In this document: in pieces, positions 60,030 through 64,000 of the stretch
Numbering within the stretch: the stretch's first letter is position 1
Layout of the letters: each line of letters starts with the position of its first letter
Assembly: GCA_963765495.1 (NCBI GenBank)
Contig: CAVXWP010000007.1
Location: 256,001 to 320,000 of the forward strand
Origin: Blastocatellia bacterium
Lineage (GTDB): Bacteria > Acidobacteriota > Blastocatellia > UBA7656
DNA: 64,000 nt
Direction: 5' to 3'
The notes under the pieces: generated by a model
What the model was told of the DNA's origin: nothing
Seen by the model: only the letters and a program-made list of their open reading frames with translations
The model's database searches: none
Program-made: the position numbers and the translations under genes

Positions 60030-61490
60030 TCACGAGGTGAAATTAGCCGATTCGATCACGTCTCTCACGGTTGCCATGAATTGATCGGCTACCGCGCCGT
60101 CAATGATTCGATGATCGAAGCTCAGGCCGATCAGTCCGATTTGCCGGATGGCAATCGCGTCGTCAATGACTACGGGGCGTTTCTTAATCACGCCGATTCC
60201 AAGTATGGCGACCTGCGGCTGATTGATTATAGGAGTGCCGATAAGGCCGCCGAACACGCCGGGGTTTGTTATGGTAAAAGTCCCGCCCGCTACCTCGTCG
60301 GGCTTCAGTTGTTTCGAGCGCGCCCGCTCTCCCAGATCGTTGACCGCGCGGGCGATCCCGAGCAGAGATTTCTCGTCGGCGTTGCGGACTACCGGAACTA
60401 TCAAACCCCAATCGAGCGCCACGGCCACGCCGATGTTTATGTCTTTTTTGTAGACTATCTGATCGCCCCACACGGCCGAGTTGATGATAGGCCACTTCTT
60501 GATTCCTTCGATCACCGCTTTGATGATAAAAGGCAGGAAGGTCAGTTTCACTCCGTCGCGGTTCAGGTAATCGCCTTTGAGCTTGTCTCTGAGCCGGGCA
60601 GTCTCGGTGAAATCGACTTCCATAAACGACGTGACGTGAGCCGACGTGCGGCGGCTTTCGACCATTCGTTCCGCGATGCGGCGGCGCATCACCGACATAG
60701 GTTCGATCTCTACCCGGTCGCCGTCGTTGAAAGGCTGCGGGCCGACTTCGGTTTCCGCAGGCATCTTGAGCGGCTGGGGAGCGCGAGCGGGAGCCGAGGG
60801 TTGGACAGGTGTGGCAGGTTGAGCGGGCGCGATCCCTTGCGCGTGCGCTGCGGCGGGGCCCGCCTTTTCGACCTCGGCGCGGTTTTCGATAAAACTGAGA
60901 ATATCGTTTTTGGTGACTCGCCCGCTTATGCCTGTGCCTTCTATCTGAGAGATGTCTACGTTATTCTCCTCGGCTATCTTGCGGACCAGAGGCGACGAGC
61001 GCGTGCGGCGCGAATCTTCCGGTGTAGGCTCGGCGGCAGGCTGTCCTTCGTCCACTCCGCTCATCCCCCATTCAGCTTCAGGTATCTTTTCTCCTTCGGG
61101 TGTAGCGGGCGCGACGGGAGATGGCGCAGGCGCAGTCTCTACTTTTGCAGTCTCTACTTTTGCAGTCTCTTCTTTTGCCGGGGGCGCAGTCTCGGCCGGT
61201 TTCGATTCGGTCGTTTCAGCCGCAGCGGGTTGAGCCGCAGCGGGTTGAGCCGCGCCGCCGTTTATGATCGCAACCACGGTGTTGATTTCGACCGTCTCGC
61301 CCTCGGCTACTTTTATCTCTGACAGCACGCCCGACACCGGAGCGGGTATCTCCGCGTCCACCTTATCGGTAGATATTTCAAAAAGCGGCTCGTCGCGTTT
61401 GACCGTATCCCCTACCTGCTTGAGCCATTTTACTATCGTACCTTCTGCGATGGATTCTCCCATCTGCGGCATTCTGACTTCTTCGCTCAT
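60030..61490 (-). CDS. 2-oxoacid dehydrogenase E2 (dihydrolipoamide acyltransferase)
   Basis: One lipoyl domain (TDKV), E3-binding SPLVRKIA..GTG..GRV, DHRIIDG. Confidence 0.96.
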   Translation of the reverse strand: MSEEVRMPQMGESIAEGTIVKWLKQVGDTVKRDEPLFEISTDKVDAEIPAPVSGVLSEIKVAEGETVEINTVVAIINGGAAQPAAAQPAAAETTESKPAETAPPAKEETAKVETAKVETAPAPSPVAPATPEGEKIPEAEWGMSGVDEGQPAAEPTPEDSRRTRSSPLVRKIAEENNVDISQIEGTGISGRVTKNDILSFIENRAEVEKAGPAAAHAQGIAPAQPATPVQPSAPARAPQPLKMPAETEVGPQPFNDGDRVEIEPMSVMRRRIAERMVESRRTSAHVTSFMEVDFTETARLRDKLKGDYLNRDGVKLTFLPFIIKAVIEGIKKWPIINSAVWGDQIVYKKDINIGVAVALDWGLIVPVVRNADEKSLLGIARAVNDLGERARSKQLKPDEVAGGTFTITNPGVFGGLIGTPIINQPQVAILGIGVIKKRPVVIDDAIAIRQIGLIGLSFDHRIIDGAVADQFMATVRDVIESANFTS

Positions 61491-61524
61491 AACTCTCCCA
61501 TCTCTTCAACGGTTTGGTCGCCGC

Positions 61525-62505
61525 TCAATAGGCCGCGAGCGCGCGAGCTGCTTTCAATACGTCGTCCACCTGCGGCATGAAGAACTCTTCCAGAGGAGGC
61601 GCATAAGGCACAGGCGAATCAATCGAAGTGACTCTTTGCACCGGACCATCGAGATATTCGAATGCCTCTTCGTTTATGACGGCGGTGATTTCGCCCGCCA
61701 TGCCACCCGTTCGCGTGGCTTCGTGCAGAATCAAAACCTTACTGGTCTTCTTGACCGATTCCAGAATCGTCTCGCGGTCAAAGGGGAGAAGCGACCTCAG
61801 ATCAATCACCTCCACGTCGATGCCTTCTTCCTGCATACGGTCGGCGGCTTCGAGCGCGGTGTAGACCATCGCGCCGTAAGTTATGATCGTCTGGTCGCGC
61901 CCCTCGCGGCGAATGCTCGCCTTGCCTATAGGCACGATGTAATCTTCGTCGGGCAATTCCTGTTTGATCTTCGGATTGCGATAAAGCGCCTTGTGCTCAA
62001 AAAAGAGCACCGGGTCATCGTCGCGGATTGCCGCCTTGATCAACCCCTTTGCATCATAGGGAGTCGAAGGCTCGACCATCTTGAGGCCGGGCGTATTGAG
62101 GAAAAACGATTCGACATTCTGCGAGTGAAAAGGCCCGCCGTGCACGCCCCCCCCGCAGGGTCCGCGCACTACCATGGGGATGCCTATGCCCTGGCGATAG
62201 CGGCTCTTTGCGGCGTAGTTGGTCAGCATATCGAAGCAGCACGAAATGAAGTCAATAAACTGCATCTCGGCCACCGGGCGCATGCCCATCATCGCAGCGC
62301 CGCAGGCCGCCCCTACGATGGCGCTTTCGGAAATCGGCGTATCGATAACGCGGTCCCGTCCGAAGTGGTCGTAAAAACCATCGGTCACCTTGAAGGCCCC
62401 GCCGTAAACGCCTATATCTTCGCCGAGGAGGAAGACGCGTTCGTCGCGTTCCATCTCTTCCCAGAGCCCCTGGCGTATCGCTTCGAGTAAAGTTATTGCT
62501 CCCAT
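61525..62505 (-). CDS. 2-oxoacid dehydrogenase E1 beta subunit
   Basis: GEDIG.YGGAF, DTPISE, EMQF.DF, HSQ. Confidence 0.96.
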   Translation of the reverse strand: MGAITLLEAIRQGLWEEMERDERVFLLGEDIGVYGGAFKVTDGFYDHFGRDRVIDTPISESAIVGAACGAAMMGMRPVAEMQFIDFISCCFDMLTNYAAKSRYRQGIGIPMVVRGPCGGGVHGGPFHSQNVESFFLNTPGLKMVEPSTPYDAKGLIKAAIRDDDPVLFFEHKALYRNPKIKQELPDEDYIVPIGKASIRREGRDQTIITYGAMVYTALEAADRMQEEGIDVEVIDLRSLLPFDRETILESVKKTSKVLILHEATRTGGMAGEITAVINEEAFEYLDGPVQRVTSIDSPVPYAPPLEEFFMPQVDDVLKAARALAAY

Positions 62506-62543
62506 AGTGTCAACATTCTAATAATAGTGAAAATCTTCGTTGC

Positions 62544-62640
62544 GTGATTCGTGATTCGTGATTCGTGAAAACACCAGTTGGCTTATAACAGTCAATCTGG
62601 CTGAGGGTCACGGATCACGCATCACGAATCGCGAATCATC
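62544..62640. repeat. Inverted 7-mer (GATTCGT) element overlapping the E1 alpha 3' end
   Basis: gtgattcgtgattcgtgattcgtga ... tcacggatcacgcatcacgaatcgcgaatca. Confidence 0.88.
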
Positions 62641-63603
62641 GCCATAGACCCCGCTCAACGCCTCTTCCGGCTGAGGGGGCGGCTGTGTTTCTGCCCAGGC
62701 CAGGTCTTCATCGAGCAATGTTTCGACCCGGTTGTTCACATCTTTTATATCGACTTCGGTCGCTATCTGATTCTCAAGGAGCGCCCGCTCGAAATGATCC
62801 AGCGGATCGAGCCTGCGCCACCCGTCGAGCACTTCTTTTGGCACATAAGATTGATTATCGTGAGCCGCGTGGCCTCGCATGCGAAAGGTCTTTGCTTCGA
62901 TCAGAGTCGGCCCGCCCGCTTCACGCGCCCTGTCCACCGCGCGGCGGGCGCAATGGTAGACCGCCATCACATCGTTGCCGTCTACGATCTCGCCGGGCAT
63001 CCCATAAGCCTTTGCCCGATCAGCGAGATTTAGAATTTTCATCTGCTTGCTTGTGGGCGTAGAGTAAGCGTAGCCGTTGTTTTCGGCTATGATGACAAGC
63101 GGCAGGTTCTGGACCGAGGCGAAATTCATCGCTTCGTGAAATGCGCCCGTGCTTGTTGCCCCGTCCCCGATGTAGACCATTCCGACGCTCGATTTTCCCT
63201 GCATGCGAAGCGCAAGCACAACGCCGTTCATCACGGCTACAAGCGTCCCGAGCGGGCTGACCGTTCCGATAAAGCCGCGTTCGAGGTCTGTGATGTGAAT
63301 GTTTTGATCTCGCCCGCGCGAAAGCCCGGTAGCGCGCCACAGGTAGTTGGCAAAGATTTCTCGCGGACGCGCTCCCATAACGAGCATAGCACCCATATCG
63401 CGTGTCAGAGGCGAAAGTATATCGCCCTGAGCCTTGTCCAAAGCAAAGGCGGACCCGACTGCGGTCGCTTCCTGGCCGAGGCTTCGAAAGAGACCGCCCA
63501 CGATCTTGCCTTGCTTTAACAGATTTTCGAGCTTGTCTTCGAGCGAGCGGGTCAGTCGCATGAAGTAAAGCAGTTCGAGCTGATCTTCTCTTGGGAGTTC
63601 CAT
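62608..63603 (-). CDS. 2-oxoacid dehydrogenase E1 alpha subunit
   Basis: GQEA, TPP motif GDGATS...ENN, R..GH...D. Confidence 0.96.
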   Translation of the reverse strand: MELPREDQLELLYFMRLTRSLEDKLENLLKQGKIVGGLFRSLGQEATAVGSAFALDKAQGDILSPLTRDMGAMLVMGARPREIFANYLWRATGLSRGRDQNIHITDLERGFIGTVSPLGTLVAVMNGVVLALRMQGKSSVGMVYIGDGATSTGAFHEAMNFASVQNLPLVIIAENNGYAYSTPTSKQMKILNLADRAKAYGMPGEIVDGNDVMAVYHCARRAVDRAREAGGPTLIEAKTFRMRGHAAHDNQSYVPKEVLDGWRRLDPLDHFERALLENQIATEVDIKDVNNRVETLLDEDLAWAETQPPPQPEEALSGVYGDDSRFVMRDP

Positions 63604-63607
63604 CTAT

Positions 63608-63685
63608 TGTCAAATGTCCGCTGTCGGTTGTCCGTCGTCGGTTGTCCAAAAGCGGCTACAACAACGGACCGCTGACAACGGACTA
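63608..63685. repeat. Inverted 7-mer (TGTCCGY/TGTCGGT) element
   Basis: tgtccgctgtcggttgtccgtcgtcggttgtcc ... acaacaacggaccgctgacaacggac. Confidence 0.75.
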
Positions 63686-63692
63686 CCGATGA

Positions 63693-64000
63693 TTAGATAT
63701 GAATAACCATGCCGTGCGCGTCTTCGACCGCTTCGTGGAAGGTCTCCGAGACGGTCGGGTGCGCGTGCATGGTGTGGATCAATTCTTCCACCGTGGATTC
63801 CATTTGCAGAGCCACGCAGCCTTCGATTACGAGTTCCGTGGCGTGTGGTCCGATGATGTGTACGCCAAGAAGCTCGTCGTAGCGCGCATCGCTTACTACC
63901 TTCACAAGTCCTTCGGTCGCGCCGAGTATCTGAGCCTTAGCGATCACTGGAATGGGGAATTTGCCTATCTTGACATCATAGCCGCGCTCGCGCGCTTTCG
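63693..64000 (-). CDS. lpdA: Dihydrolipoamide dehydrogenase, C-terminal part (5' end outside window)
   Basis: LLGVHIIGPHATEL, HAHPTVSE. Confidence 0.93.
   Translation of the reverse strand, partial: KARERGYDVKIGKFPIPVIAKAQILGATEGLVKVVSDARYDELLGVHIIGPHATELVIEGCVALQMESTVEELIHTMHAHPTVSETFHEAVEDAHGMVIHI

Noticed and set aside
61130-61255. 15-nt tandem repeats in the E2 gene
   Set aside because: Ordinary ETAKV and AQPAA linker expansions
59961-62490. 453-aa and 408-aa plus-strand ORFs
   Set aside because: Antisense shadows of E2 and E1 beta

Overview
A 64 kb chromosomal segment of a moderately GC-rich bacterium, probably Acidobacteriota (Blastocatellia-like; inferred from gene content only). 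It is mostly housekeeping and metabolism: CheB-CheR-PAS fusion (cut by the left edge), tsaE-nnr, pckA, ffh-rpsP-khpA-rimM-trmD-rplS, murB, smpB, pepA, an RND pump, lipB and a 2-oxoacid dehydrogenase operon (cut by the right edge). I see no rRNA, tRNA, CRISPR array, transposase, integrase or reverse transcriptase. Five things stand out. (1) A tandem pair of ~4.4 kb genes (21507-30682) for an uncharacterised Cys-rich exported protein. The copies alternate kb-scale near-identical blocks with short divergent cassettes, and each switches from a pyrimidine-rich 5' end to a purine-rich 3' half at synonymous sites (GRINS-like, suggesting gene conversion). Copy 1 has a 1-nt frameshift. (2) About 16 small inverted-repeat elements built from different 7-mer or 8/9-mer units, at gene junctions and twice in-frame inside genes. 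(3) A promoter / 6-codon leader / terminator arrangement ahead of an ABC exporter. (4) A near-leaderless MerR-like + vWA operon with three 16-bp-periodic boxes over its promoter. (5) An ECF sigma / anti-sigma / Spy-like / di-haem cytochrome module. All product calls come from motif recognition by eye, not database searches.
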